A DNA stretch of 63,985 nt, the filler included, from Hausera hauseri (taxonomy: Eukaryota): assembly GCA_046269625.1 (NCBI GenBank). It is 12 parts of 12 records of this genome, joined end to end, with 100 filler letters (N's around TTAATTAATTAA, not from the genome) between each part and the next. Parts side by side here need not be neighbours in the genome. Positions count along the whole stretch, not along the records: positions 1 to 4,050 come from JBJURY010793757.1; positions 4,151 to 8,933 come from JBJURY010437138.1; positions 9,034 to 13,135 come from JBJURY010761207.1; 9 more parts are not named here. One strand, written 5' to 3'. Positions 1 through 12,685 of this stretch are shown here, piece after piece. The number at the start of each line of letters is the position of its first letter. Position 1 is the stretch's first letter. Position numbers and translations under genes: made by a program. The notes below the pieces were generated by a model. The model worked only from the letters and a program-made list of their open reading frames with translations, was not told where the DNA came from and made no database searches.

Positions 1-179
1 TCGTCATCGCCACATTCACTGTGTCCACAATCTTCGCAGCAGTCCTCGAACAATTCAGTATCTTCAATTTTATTAGCTGCATCCAATTGAGTACATGTAT
101 ATTGTGTAACAACTTCAAAGTACTCATCATCCTGTTTGCTCATATCATTTATTGGTTTATTGTCCATTACGTAGGTCAT
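1..179 (-). CDS. 5' part of an acidic/Cys-rich hypothetical protein running off the window (MTYVMDNKPINDMSKQDDEYFEVV...EDCCEDCGHSECGDD)
   Basis: Open minus frame from ATG 179/167 to the window edge; sits next to the repeat module in the same position as the pPolB leader in the 32.9-40.1 kb contig. Confidence 0.35.
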   Translation of the reverse strand, partial: MTYVMDNKPINDMSKQDDEYFEVVTQYTCTQLDAANKIEDTELFEDCCEDCGHSECGDD

Positions 180-229
180 GTTCTCTATTTAGCACATGTT
201 TATACACCCAACGTAACACACTTTTGCTT

Positions 230-1621
230 TAATGCATGAAATAAATTAAATACATGGCGGCGCCAAATTCGATTTACGTATAGGTTTTCATATACGAGAA
301 ATCGAATGGAGTGATCAGATTCTTCGAATAATGCATGCTTGACAGAATATTCGAGTTCGAATAGCTAAGTATTCGACTTGTAAGCTCAAATTCGAATATC
401 TAACATCATATTCCAATTCAACATATATGACTTCCTATTCCGCCCCGCTTATAGATTTCTTAATTTCCGCTTTAAAGGGCTTTAAATGCAGATTTTGCCT
501 AATTCGAAATATAGATTTTGTATCTATATAGTACATTTTCATGGAATAATTTTCATGTATAAGCGGTTTGCATATATGAGGAATCGTTTGCTGCTGTTAG
601 ATTTTTCGAATAATTCGATATTCGATATTCGAGCCCAAAATATTCGAATTTCGAATATTTGACTCGAGATTCGAGATCGCAATATTCGATTTCCTATCTG
701 TCCCCGTTAATTATAATATCGAATTTTGCCCCCTTAGGGCCTGAAAACCAATGGGGAGTCTATCCCAGTTGCAATTTAGATCAATATTATTTGATAACTA
801 ATCGATAAATTTAAATTCTAACTGAACATTCATATAGTGCATAGCATTTTCAATCGATCCAACCCGGTCACATGTCATAATCGTCAATATTGGAAATATC
901 GGAAATACGATATTATTGATTTTTGAACACTTGCACACATGCTTTTGCACTGCACAGTACATATCAAGGTGCATCTCGATGTGTTCTATCTACCTGCACC
1001 TGACTACAATGGATTCCATCAATCCTATGCTGCACAATGACAAAAATGGGAAAAGTGAAAAAGTGCCTTGGCAACCGTATCCAAGAGCACACCAGACTCT
1101 AGTATTGCACTAATCGAAAGTACATCAAGTACTGCATCTGCCAGTATATGTGCCATATTGATATTATTGATTTTCATTTTATACCTGAAAGGCCTATGGG
1201 TAGTCTGCCTCAGTTGGCAATTATTCGAAAACCAATCAATATATTTAAATTCTAACTGCATATGGACACAGTCCATCATGTGTGCTTTCGATTTCACCCG
1301 ATGCTAGGTGCCAATCATCAATATTGGGATTATCGGAAATCCGATATTATTGATTTTTGCACACTTGCACATGTGCAGCACACCTGCTCAGTGTACTAAT
1401 CGATGTGCACTGACGTGCACTATGGAGTAGCACTTTGTCCCGATCGATTCTATCAATATTGCACTGTGCAGCGATCGATTAGTGACATGTGGGAAAATGT
1501 GCATAGCAACGGTGCCTAACGGCACCGTCGCCTAGCACAGAGTGTGCACTATTGATTGGAACGTGTAAAATTGATTTATCGATCCCCCCGAGGGTGGGAA
1601 AACTCCCCATTTTTCCCCACT
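230..1621. repeat. ~1.4 kb non-coding repeat module, copy 1; TCGA/GTGCAC-rich with an internal duplication (~780-960 vs ~1230-1380); candidate Polinton terminal repeat
   Basis: Collinear similarity to 36170-37433, e.g. TTCGAATAATGCATGCTTGAC and CCTAACGGCACCGTCGCCTAGCACA in both. Confidence 0.8.
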
Positions 1622-1689
1622 TGACAGTGATAAAGACAAACATGATGATATACGGCGTCGAACATATGACTTCGATTTTTCAATAAATA

Positions 1690-3639
1690 TAGTTGCTTTT
1701 AACATGCCGCAAACCGGTGCAAATGCCTCCAGGTAAAATTCCGAAAGCGGTAAGTGAAATGTTTCAATTATTTTTTACGGATGAGTTATACAAAACATTT
1801 GTTATTGAAACGAACAGATATGCGAGTTAAAAAATTGAATATCTTGGGCAACTGATGCCACGTTCTATGTGGAGGCAAAAAACTGATGTAACAATAACAG
1901 GAATGAAGACTTACATGTGAGTGATTATATAGATGTCAATTACAAATACATGTGATATGAAAGATTATTTTTCAACAAAATGGGACAGTTGCGTTTCTTT
2001 TTTACCGAAATATTTAGCAAAGATAGATTTTTAATGATCCATTGGATGTTAGATGCACAACCTGATGAAACTAATGTTCGCAACTAAACACCTAGAGAAA
2101 AAGTAAAGAATTTTGTGGCATATATGAAGGCTAAATGTACAGAATTGTTTGTCCCGAAGCTAAACATAGCAGTTAATGAAACAACGATAAAATTTAAGGG
2201 TCGAGTGGGATTTCTTATGTATAATCCAAATAAACCAACTAATCAGGGATTGCCTGTTGTATGATTCGGAGACCGGGTATCTTGTCACATTTGAACCATA
2301 TTATAGTCAAGTCACCACCAATGTTCTTCCTAATCCCTCCATGTCCTCACCGGCAAGAATAGTTGTACACCTTGTAAATGAATTTACAAAAGCTGTAAAA
2401 ATATAGGTTATGACGTATTCAATGATAGATATTATACTACCCAGACCTTAGGAAAAGAACTCAAGCAAATTGGTATAGCAACCACTGGAACAGTAATGAA
2501 AAACAGAAAGGGTTTACCCGAAGAGACAAAAAAGAAACTAAAACTTAGAAAACATGTAACTGCTGTTTGGAAAATCAGACAAAGATATGACACTTATTTG
2601 GCAAGATAAAAGATTGGTATATATGTACAGCACTTTCAACAGTTGCTCAACAGTGCAAGTTGAAAGAAAAACAAAATGCAGAACAAGTGAAAATTTAAAA
2701 ACCTGTTGTCATTTGTGATTATATGAAGAACATGGCCTCAGTTGATAAATTTGATTATTACTCTGTTTCGTATAGTTTTGAAGGAAAAACCGTGAAATGG
2801 TGGCGTAAGACCTTTCATTGGTTGCTAGAAGTAGCTATAGTAGTTATAGCTTTCCTTTATTTTATAGTGCAAGTGTTATCCACAAGAAAAAAGAAGACAT
2901 CTAGATTTTAGTTAGGACCTTATTTGCGAGTTGGTAAAAGAACATAAGGCGACAAGAAATTTTGTTCGTCATGGACGACCATTACTTACAGTGGAGGTAG
3001 CCGAAAGTTTGAATAACCGATTACATTGTTTGTATCAAGTGGATGATAACAAAACTAAATTGTTTTTTCCACTAACAGAAAGACAACACGTTTTGTTTGT
3101 ATGGCCTGTTTATCTCAACTTGACTCATGTGTTGGTAAATGTTTCGAGCGTTAACATACATAGGAAAATTACAAAGAATAAAAGTAAACGACGTTTTAAA
3201 ATATTTCCTGATTATTTTTTTAATTGATTTTTAATGGCTACCTTTTGTCATTTGTCATTTTACATTTTTTCCATATTTTTATTTAAAAAAAATTAATTAC
3301 GACCTGGCTATGATGCTTTTAAAAATAAATCCGATTCCAAAGGGTTAAATCAAATGAATTTNNNNNNNNNNGATTTTTTAAAAGTTTTTTCGTAATTTGT
3401 CATTTTTCATTTTTCCGTATTTTAATTTTTTAAAAAAAGAATTCCGACCAAGCTATTGTTTTTAAAAAATAAATCCGGTTGCAAAAGGTTAAATCAAATG
3501 AATTTTATGTTGCAATGTTTTTGTAGTCAAAAGGGGCTTGTAACTAGTTATAAAGTTTTGAACCTAAAAAGTGGCCAAACGACTACTTAAAAGAATTTCT
3601 TTTGTGCTACATTTAGACAATTCGACCGCAAAGGGTTAA
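1690..3639 (+). mobile_element. Degenerate piggyBac transposon (PGBD-type transposase pseudogene) with triplicated 3' end
   Basis: Fragments FQLFFTDEL..FVIETNRYA, IAVNETTIKFKGR, YNPNKP, DRYYTT, TGTVMKNRKGLP, DYMKNMASVDKFD, KWWRKTFHWLLE; ends AAAGGG|TTAA at 3345 and 3636 and a degenerate AAAAGG|TTAA at 3489. Confidence 0.85.
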
Positions 3640-4050
3640 ACATGTCAAAATTAAAATTTATATCTTCCCGCTGGTATTAATTTACAAAACATTTTGACAA
3701 AAAACAAACAAAAATTTATTTCTTTAACGCAATTTTGGAAACTTTGACCAATTATTCTACTTGATAGTCGATTTTTAATAAACCAGTTAAAGATTAAGCC
3801 AAAATTACTCAACTGTTTAATATTAAAATCTATATGGTTAATGTACAAAAAAAATTATTTTGAAAAATATTTTTTTCATACATTGCGTAGACTAATTTTG
3901 AGTTACTTTTTTTCAGACAACATGCTTGAAAAATTAGAGCATTTATTTTATGACAGCGTAATAAGGAAAGTTTTAATAGGTCTTGTTTTGATATTAGAAG
4001 CTGTTTTAAATGTTATTGTTATATTCAGAGTTAAATGTAAGTTACCTTTT

Positions 4051-4150
4051 NNNNNNNNNNNNNNNNNNNNNNNNNNNNNNNNNNNNNNNNNNNNTTAATT
4101 AATTAANNNNNNNNNNNNNNNNNNNNNNNNNNNNNNNNNNNNNNNNNNNN
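4051..4150. other. Artificial contig linker (44N-TTAATTAATTAA-44N). Identical linkers at 8934-9033, 13136-13235, 17398-17497, 22280-22379, 27145-27244, 32764-32863, 40062-40161, 45357-45456, 54855-54954, 59861-59960
   Basis: Eleven identical 100-nt spacers whose core gives stops in all six frames; flanking sequences are unrelated. Confidence 0.98.
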
Positions 4151-4243
4151 AACATTCAAGTCTTAATTCTAAATTTGTCACTTTGTCTTTACACACATCT
4201 GAGTAACGAAACACGATATATTTTACAGATGGTGACCCCGACG
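4151..4243 (+). promoter_or_regulatory. End of 5' LTR (...TTTTACA, 4227) plus tRNA-Trp primer-binding site TGGTGACCCCGACG (4230-4243)
   Basis: 14-nt match to the canonical tRNA-Trp PBS (TGGTGACCCCGACGTGAT), 2 nt after a CA end; splice-donor-like AAG|GTGAG at ~4355. Confidence 0.85.
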
Positions 4244-5149
4244 CTGCTCTTTGTGATAGTAAGGACTTTGTGACGGGATTTAACGCGTGTTCGATACTTT
4301 GCGGCTGGTTCCGAGAGCTTCGCAAAACAGTCGAGAGGCGCCTCTTCAAAATAAGGTGAGCAACCTTAACTTTGCTTGTCTTTTATATGGTAGACGACTG
4401 CTGCCTGCGTCGTTCTTTGTCGATAGCGTTATAGACGTGTGTCGTTATCGTTTTCTGCTTCGTTCGGCTTAATAGCGGGCTAGCTTAAGCTACGGTGAAG
4501 CTAAGCAGGAGAGCTGCTGATGAGACGCGTCAAAACACGAAAACACCGTAAAATGTTTTTAAGACTTGAGTGTTTATGTTCATATGTAACTCGAAGCCCA
4601 TACAATGCACATTTTGGGGTTTTTTGTTTCTGTTTCAAACTTTAATTTCTGTGATTGATAACTAAGCAGTGAATGCAGGAAAAGTAAACAAACTTTTTAA
4701 ACCTGAATGCTATGGAGTCAGAGAGGAGCTGGTTTAGTTAAGAGACATCCAGGTACATAAAAATAGTTTTACTGTTATTCAGAGACAGGAGAGAGATTTA
4801 TATGGACAATAGTTGGGTTTTCAAGAGTACATAAGACTTTGTATTAACTGGAAAACTCACTGCAGAGGCGACCTTGGGAAGTGACATTTCACACAGATGA
4901 AGGAATTGAAGTCAGACACTACAGTCAGACATAATAAGTCTCACTATCACTATTTATGCTCACTATAGATAGTTCATAACGCATAAAGAGGCTGTTTTAA
5001 CCTTCAAATTGATTAGACAACTGTGGACAATTGACAAACTGGAAGACAAACACCAGTCTGAAAAAACAGGTTGTGTGCTGTTGGTAAAAGTGACTGCAGT
5101 TTAACACACAGTACAGAAACTGTTAATCTAATCAAACTAAATAATCAAA

Positions 5150-6556
5150 ATGACAAGAGAAGGATATTTTCAGGGGTGGCAGAAAGCTCCACTGTCTGTT
5201 CAGAGTTTGGATAACCTGCTTCAGAAGCTACGTTGTGCCTGGGTTTCTGCAGCTGGAAAACTACGCTACTCCGGCCTCTCTTGGATTTCTAGAGAGGCAG
5301 AGGAGAACGAGCGGTTGTATAAATATTGTCTCATGGTTTTTGACAAAGTAAAGAGAGTTGTGGGGGAAGGGAATGAGCTTCTGGAAGGGCCTTTGACATC
5401 TCACACAAACCCAGAAGACTCACAGACATCTCCTGACATTTCACTGACAAAACAAGTCTCACAGACTCCGACACAAACAACACCAGGTGACTGTGGAGCA
5501 GCACACACACATCTTCAACAACATGCACAGTGCCGAGGACAACAATGTGACCAGTTTACACATGACGTGTCTACCACGTACCCTAGTAGGGACAGTATGC
5601 AACGGTCCTGGATGATGCCGTTGGTGGTTGAAAAAACTGATCAAGGCGGACATGTTTTTACCTACAGGCCATTTAGTCTGCATGACACACAGTTGCTTAA
5701 AGAAACATTGCCAAACATTCAGAAAGGGGGCAGATTGTGGATTAAAGCCTTTGTGGACAGGTGTTCAGGTGTGGTTCTGTGTCTAGGTGACTTTAGGAGG
5801 GTGTATGCTGCATGTACACCATTTGGTGAACTGACGGAGTTAGAGGCTCGGGCTGGAACAAGCAGGTTGCCTGATGAAATGTTGCTGGACAGGTGTGTGG
5901 ACTCTTTGTGGCCTCGTGTGCGTGAAAAATATCCAGTCGACATGGAGTCAGCTGAGCTGGATCACATTCCGCCAAAGGTTGATGAGAGGGGATCAGCTTA
6001 TCTGACCAGAGTTAGAGAACTCTGGAAGTCCAGAATTGGTGTGGATCCAGTTTTTGATAGAGTGGGTCTGATCATGTTTAAAAGAGCAGTCATTGGATCA
6101 CAGTCAGACAAGGTCAAACAGGAGTTAGATGGGGTGATTGGATTAACTCGTCTTGACTATGAATTATGGAGTGCACACATAATTCATCAGATAGATTGTA
6201 GCATCAAGGAAAAAGTAGCAGATGAACAGGAAATGAGATCTCTGGAGGCACAGTTAGTGAAAGAAAAATTAAAGCACCTCAGAGGAAAACTTGACCAAAT
6301 GGAGCTGTCAGCTAAACAGATGCCTTTATTAACAAACATGTCAGAGTCAGGACCACCAGCAGTCTCACCAGCTCTCATGACTTGTGGACCCCCAATCTAT
6401 CATAATCCGTCCTTTCAACATAATCCATATGGTGGTGGGGGGAGAATAAACTGGAGAGGAAGAATCCGACGGAGACACAGAGACATGTCTGACATTTGTT
6501 TTGTATGTGGCAATCATGGACATTGGTCGAGACAGTGCCCACTAGCAAGTAATTAA
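5150..6556 (+). CDS. gag: Retroviral-type Gag (fish ERV/LTR-element-like), intact 468 aa; no pro/pol follows
   Basis: C-terminal CCHC knuckle CFVCGNHGHWSRQC; capsid-like YRPF..D...L...LP.I.KGG..WI motif; downstream of a PBS. Confidence 0.85.
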   Translation: MTREGYFQGWQKAPLSVQSLDNLLQKLRCAWVSAAGKLRYSGLSWISREAEENERLYKYCLMVFDKVKRVVGEGNELLEGPLTSHTNPEDSQTSPDISLTKQVSQTPTQTTPGDCGAAHTHLQQHAQCRGQQCDQFTHDVSTTYPSRDSMQRSWMMPLVVEKTDQGGHVFTYRPFSLHDTQLLKETLPNIQKGGRLWIKAFVDRCSGVVLCLGDFRRVYAACTPFGELTELEARAGTSRLPDEMLLDRCVDSLWPRVREKYPVDMESAELDHIPPKVDERGSAYLTRVRELWKSRIGVDPVFDRVGLIMFKRAVIGSQSDKVKQELDGVIGLTRLDYELWSAHIIHQIDCSIKEKVADEQEMRSLEAQLVKEKLKHLRGKLDQMELSAKQMPLLTNMSESGPPAVSPALMTCGPPIYHNPSFQHNPYGGGGRINWRGRIRRRHRDMSDICFVCGNHGHWSRQCPLASN

Positions 6557-6649
6557 CCATTTTTGTAGAACATCATCAGATCCACCTCAACACATAATTG
6601 TCTCACGCACAGAGCTCTCTGGGCTCAGAAAACCAACTGTACAAAGCAT

Positions 6650-8000
6650 AAATAACTCAAGGTTTGCTGAAAACGCACATAAAAGCTTATACCAAAGCCC
6701 TAAAATGGTTGTAAAAATTTTGAAAATAGCAGATAATAAAGCATAGACTACTAAAAGGTGATCATTTGTAGCAAAACAGTCAAAACAGCAATAATTTTCA
6801 TTAAAATAGCTAAAATGTAACTGGAAACACTTTAGTTAACATAAGCATGCATAAATAGCATAAGTTTGCTGAATTTAGCAGAATTAAGTTGTAATAGAAA
6901 AAATATATATATATGCTAACTTTAGCTAAACAAAGCTAAAATTTTCCTCGTTTTGCAGCCAATAGCTAAATATTGCAAAAAGCAACTGGAAAAACAGAAA
7001 TGACTAAAAGAAGCACAAAGAAGCACAAAAAGCAGAAATCAGCAGAAGAAAAGTAAAAAGGAGCAGAAAGTTAGCCGAAAAGGCATAAAAATGCATAATA
7101 TAGCTAAATATAAGAAGCTGAAGAAAGCAAAAATTTGCACACACACTGAAAGTAATAAAGGAGAAATTGTTAGTAAATAAATAGTGAGAAATAGAAAATA
7201 TATGACAAGAGCAGTAAGAATGTTGAAACATAGTTGTAAAAGCAGAATATTAGCAGACACAAGCCCATCTATATTCAAATAAAACAAAGATCTACACAGA
7301 AGTTGTAAAAAGCTGAAGGAGTGTCAATTTGCATAAGGTAAAAATAGATCAAAAGTAGTTGAAAAATTGCTTAAAGAAACAGACAAACAAGACAAAAGTT
7401 ATAAAAAGTAGCTGTAAAAAAAAAAAGCTTAATGGATGTGTATTTGCATAAACATACATTAAAAAATACACAAGCAGAAACCCACACAGTCAAAAACATC
7501 TGTTGAACCCATAGAATTCTCCGTCAACTGCTGAAATTTGAAAGTTCATCACCACGGAAACCCAAAAAGACACAAGAAAAATCAGAAATCTTCACAAACT
7601 TAAAAGCTAATTGTACAAAAACTGTTCAAGATATCAAAAAGCTGAAAACATTCTGTAATAGTTGAAAGATTAAAGTTTTGTTTAAAGCTTGAATGGCCTT
7701 TCTAGGCACAAGTATGCTGAAGTAGTTGAAGTTCAAAAAGTAGTGAAATTCTGAAAGTTTTCACAGAATTCCCATTCATTTTCAATGAGAGCTAAATTGC
7801 ACAAAAAGCTGAATATCTCAAAAAGTTTAAAAGGCATCAATACCAAAAGTCATAGCAGGATTCTCCTGACCGAGCTGAACGTTTTGATGTATGAAATTGT
7901 TGAAATTGCACAAAAATTGCGGAAGAAGAAAGCCAGCAAAAAAACGTGCGGAAGAAACACGATCACAATAGTGTGAATGCCGTTAGCTACAGCAAAATAA
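6650..8000. repeat. A-rich teleost-like interspersed repeat
   Basis: Low-complexity A-rich tract ending ...ACAATAGTGTGAATGC; resembles fish repeats (recalled, not searched). Confidence 0.4.
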
Positions 8001-9033
8001 AATATGAGATAATGCCTTAAAGATAGAAAATAGGATTACACGTAGAAACTCCAAATGTCAGAATCATGATACAAGGCGAGTGCAATAGAAACAAATTAAG
8101 TAATTTTTTAGAACCATAATATAAAGCATGCGTGTATAATAATCAAGGTAAATAAAAAGAACATTTACAGTACAGGGTGACAATTAAGAGTTTGATAAAC
8201 TAATACAACAAGAGTGTTATTATGAAGAGAAAATGAGTTAACTCTGCTGTGGCAAAGTAATACAGGTTCTCATGAAACTGTTAAATTACAAGAAAAATTA
8301 TGTTAATGCAAACCCTCCCTGACTGTACATGCATGGCAAGTTGCTACAGACGCAGTCTCACTTTAGGACAGGTTATATCTTAAGCTCAAATAAAATTGAG
8401 GACAGCAACATTTCTTCTCTTTCTCCAAAAGCTAAGATAATAAAAGAGTGACATTGATGTATAGGGACAAAATATTACCATGGTAAACTGTCTGTGCAGA
8501 GCCTACCTTCAGCAGATGCAGAAATAGATATGATAATGTGACATCACACATTCATGGTGACACTACACATATATTGTGACACACACATATATTAACATAA
8601 TGGGTGTTCGGGGTGCCAGGTTATAACAGCTGACACTTTGAGCCACTGCTCCTTGGCGTTTTTGGGGGGGCTAAAGGAGGTTAGCGGTTTGGACGATGTG
8701 TTTGCGAAGCGAGTACAGGGATTTCACCAACAGCCAGAAAAATGCTGTTCCAGTTGTTTTTTCTGAGGAAAAGAACACCACCAAGTGATTTTTGATTGGA
8801 GTTTCAGCAACGCTCGCTGAACTTCCAGAGAACTGCTCCTTACAAACCGCTGCAAGCAAAAGCCAGAGGCTGGACTAAATAACAAAGACTGTCAATGAAC
8901 ACTGATCACATCTCTGAGGCTGAGAGATATGGCNNNNNNNNNNNNNNNNNNNNNNNNNNNNNNNNNNNNNNNNNNNNTTAATTAATTAANNNNNNNNNNN
9001 NNNNNNNNNNNNNNNNNNNNNNNNNNNNNNNNN

Positions 9034-12000
9034 AAACAAATATTAATGGAATCAACAAAAATCAGCAGTATCCCTTCAACAACAACAACCAGTAGGAAAC
9101 GTAAGGCGTCAACAAGTCTGGACAAATACACCAGAACCAGTAGTGAGCTGCAAGAAGGAGAAGAGCAACAGCAGGATCAGCAGGAGAAGCAGCAACAGCA
9201 GCAGCAAGAGGAACAGTTACAACAAGAACCCGACATTACAGTCAAGTACAATCTGAACAGATCGTACTTGGATATAAAAGCGAACATGTCGGCGACAACA
9301 ACAACACAATTGAAACATGTTCCGCAAAATGTGCGCAACCGGTTGGAATCCGAAGTGGAGAACATCAAACAATATCACCAACACTGCAAAGTGCAATATT
9401 ATGCACGTGCAGAATTTGAAAACATCGAATGTGACAGAAAACTATGATACCTGTTACATCGAGCTGTACCTTATGCCAATGATTTTATTGCCGATGTCGG
9501 CGAAAAGCTCGAAGAGAAAATCGCCAACTACACGGAAATGGGTAGTAAATGGCGAATTATACGAATTGTCATCCTCGGCTTTATCATAACAAAATCGAGT
9601 GACATAATATATTTGTCCCGGCGATCATTCATACCGACATCTGCAGCTCTGAAGCAGTCTCTGGCGGTAGTGAATGTAAAAAACACTAACGATGAAGACT
9701 GTTTTCTTTACAGTATTCTGGAGGTATTCAAATATGACAAATTGGACAGACAATTCATCTGGTCCAAAACAGTATCGAAAATATTTTTCCGAATTGGATT
9801 TCGATGAAGGCTGGATGACGATAAAACTGAAAACCATTTCGGCTTTTAAACGGCGTAATCCAACACTGGCAATCAACGTGTTCTGGTACAACACTATCGT
9901 AGAAATACCGGCGGATGAAGAAATTTACAAAAATCCTCATGTGGAAATAATATATCGTAGTCGGAAACCAAATGGTCGTTCAGTAAATTTGTTGCTACTG
10001 GAACGAAAAGAAAAGTACCATTATGTTGCAGTGACAAATCTGGACAGACTACTGAACATTGAGCATGACCATGTTTTCCAAAAACGGATACAGTATAAAT
10101 GGTGTCCTGTATGTCTTCATGGATTCAGGTAGGAAACAACATGTTGGACACGTGACTCTGTGCAGACAAAATTTGTCAGGAACCACAATGTATGTCACGC
10201 CCGTCAAACAGGAACTCAAGTTCACTGATTGGTCAAAAGCAGACAGTCCAGCATATGTAGTATATGCCGATATCGAAACTATCTTACCACGGCACAACAT
10301 ATATGACCAAAAACATGTTCCAATCGCCGTCGATATGTTGGTTGTCCCAATAAAAGGCGCAGGTCAACCCCAATATTATGTTTTCCGCAGATGGAATTGT
10401 GTATGCGATTTCTTGCAGCAGTTGCAAACCATAGTGGAAACTGAAATCTCACCATGGTACAGTAGAAATAGCAATAAACCCTTGATGTGGATAGATGAAG
10501 ATGAACACTTGACGTTTACAGTCACAGATGAATGTTACCTGTGCCACAAAATATTACCGTTTGACGCCCTGGAACGGCTCGTACTGGATCATGATCATTT
10601 TACTGGTTGATATCTCGGAGCAGCATGTAATTCATGCAATTTGGCAAGGCGTGTGTGGTCATTCTTACCGGCGATATTTCGTAACTTCATGGGTTATGAT
10701 TGTCACCATATTTTGAAATGGGCAATAAACGGATTTTTTTACTGGGAACTATCCATAATTCCGACTACGATGGAGGAATACCTGTTACTATTTGCTAGTA
10801 TAAACTGGTTCCAGGTACGCTTCCTTGACTCATTGCAATTTCTCATTGAAGCATTGACAAAGCTGGTAAATGTCTTGCCAGATGTGTCGATAGCACTGAC
10901 GCCGTTTCCGCACATACTGCACGCAGCAAAGGCATATTTCCATATGATTTTGCAACATCATATGAGCGACTCCGGACAGCAGAAAAATTACCGCCGCGAT
11001 GGACAGGTATCGGAGAGGATGAATACCGGAAAGCAAAGAGGTGTTGGACAGAACTCGGCTGTAGAAACATGTTTGATTACATGTCTCAATATTTGAACCG
11101 GACGTGTACTTAGTAGCCGATGTGTTCCAAGCGTTTATATCGAAAGCGTTGACGGAAGATAGGCTGGAGCCACTCAACTTTTATTCCATACCGGGAATGA
11201 GTTGGGCGTCAGCTCTAATGTTACTGGATCGAGACATTGAGCTGCTATAAGACCAGGAAATGTACCGGCTGTTTGATGTTGTTATTCGCCGTGGCATGAC
11301 ATTTGTCAACAAGCATCAGGTCAGTTCTACCGTCAATACCACATCACTGCTGTATATTGATATTAATAACCTATATTGTTGGGCGCTTTCGCAACCCTTG
11401 CCGTACGGTTCATTCGAGTAGGTTTTTGACAGACAAGGTCTGGTCAACCTATCACGAGTAGACATGGCAGGCTCAGTCGGATACCTAATGGAAATCGACC
11501 TCGTGGTACCGAATAAGCTGCATAACATTTTAGATGATTTACCGGTCCACCATTTAACCAATGTCTGCCAGGTTCAAAAGTGAAGAAACGGCTCATGACG
11601 TATGAACCGAAGCTGAAGCACTTGGTCCATTGGCGTCTGCTGCAGTTCTACATGCAGCTCGGTGTTCGCGTCACACAGCTTTATCGTGCAATCTGATTTG
11701 CTCAGACTCCCATATTCAAGGCGTATATATATGGAAATTCGGAGAAACGAGCCGCAGCTTTTACAAAGATCGAAAAGGACTACTACAAGCTGAAAAACTT
11801 CACTGTACGGAAAAACAATGGAGAATCTGAAAAAGGAGGCTCAGTGTACGCCTATGCAATAGCGAAAAGCGGTTGGTCACGTACACGAGTATGGCGCAGT
11901 TTCGGCTGTCAATGCACATTGCCGATGGATTGGTTGCGGTGCTGTTAAACAGAGAAGAAGTCGTTCTGGATCGGCCAAGTTACATAGGACAAGTGGTATT

Positions 12001-12685
12001 GTACCTGAGAAAGGTGCGAATGTATGAGCTACAGTATCGCGATTTGGCACGTTACTAGCAAATGTTTGACGGTTGTGACATTCGTATAATTGCCGGTGAC
12101 ACAGTTTTTTCCTGCGGTTGAAAACGTCAATCGCGAACANNNNNNNNNNGATTTGGCACATTATCGGCAAATGTTTAACGGCTGTGACATTAGTATAATT
12201 GCCGGTGACACCGACATCATTTTGTTGCGGCTGAGAAAAGTCAATCGCCAACAGTTACTGCCGCAAATGCAGTCAGATGCATTACTGGACACGTCCAACT
12301 ATCTACCGGATCATCATTTGTATAGCAGCGCGATCACTAAAAAATCGGCTGCTTCAGGGATGAAAGTGAAGGTCGGGTTCAGTATCGGGAATAGATATTT
12401 CTATAGCCAAAATGTTATAGTCTTTTAACTGACGGTGGACCGAAAATGCGCACCAAAGGAGTTCACTTGTCACAGACGGAAATAAACCACGGTGATTATC
12501 GCCGTATATATGAAGAAGAAGAAGGACAATCAAAGGCTGTTGTGTCACAAACGATCATCCGATCGATTGAGCACCAGCTGTGTACGGTGACCAATACAAA
12601 AGTCGCTTTATTATGCAGTGATGATAAGCGAAAGTGGGTGGGGCGAAATAAAAGTTGGACGTACGGTCATTGGCGTTTGGAATAA
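9034..12685 (+). pseudogene. Degenerate protein-primed PolB (Polinton-type), copy A, near full length
   Basis: Across frames: NVKNTNDEDCFLYSIL, KYHYVAVTNLDRLL, YADIET, DHDHFTG, FLDSLQF, YIDINNLY, AGDT, DDKRKW; many stops and frameshifts. Confidence 0.95.

Noticed and set aside
4095-4106. Recurrent TTAATTAATTAA as piggyBac target or biological repeat
   Set aside because: Always centred in exactly 88 Ns; it is an assembly linker, so gene neighbourhoods across it are meaningless.
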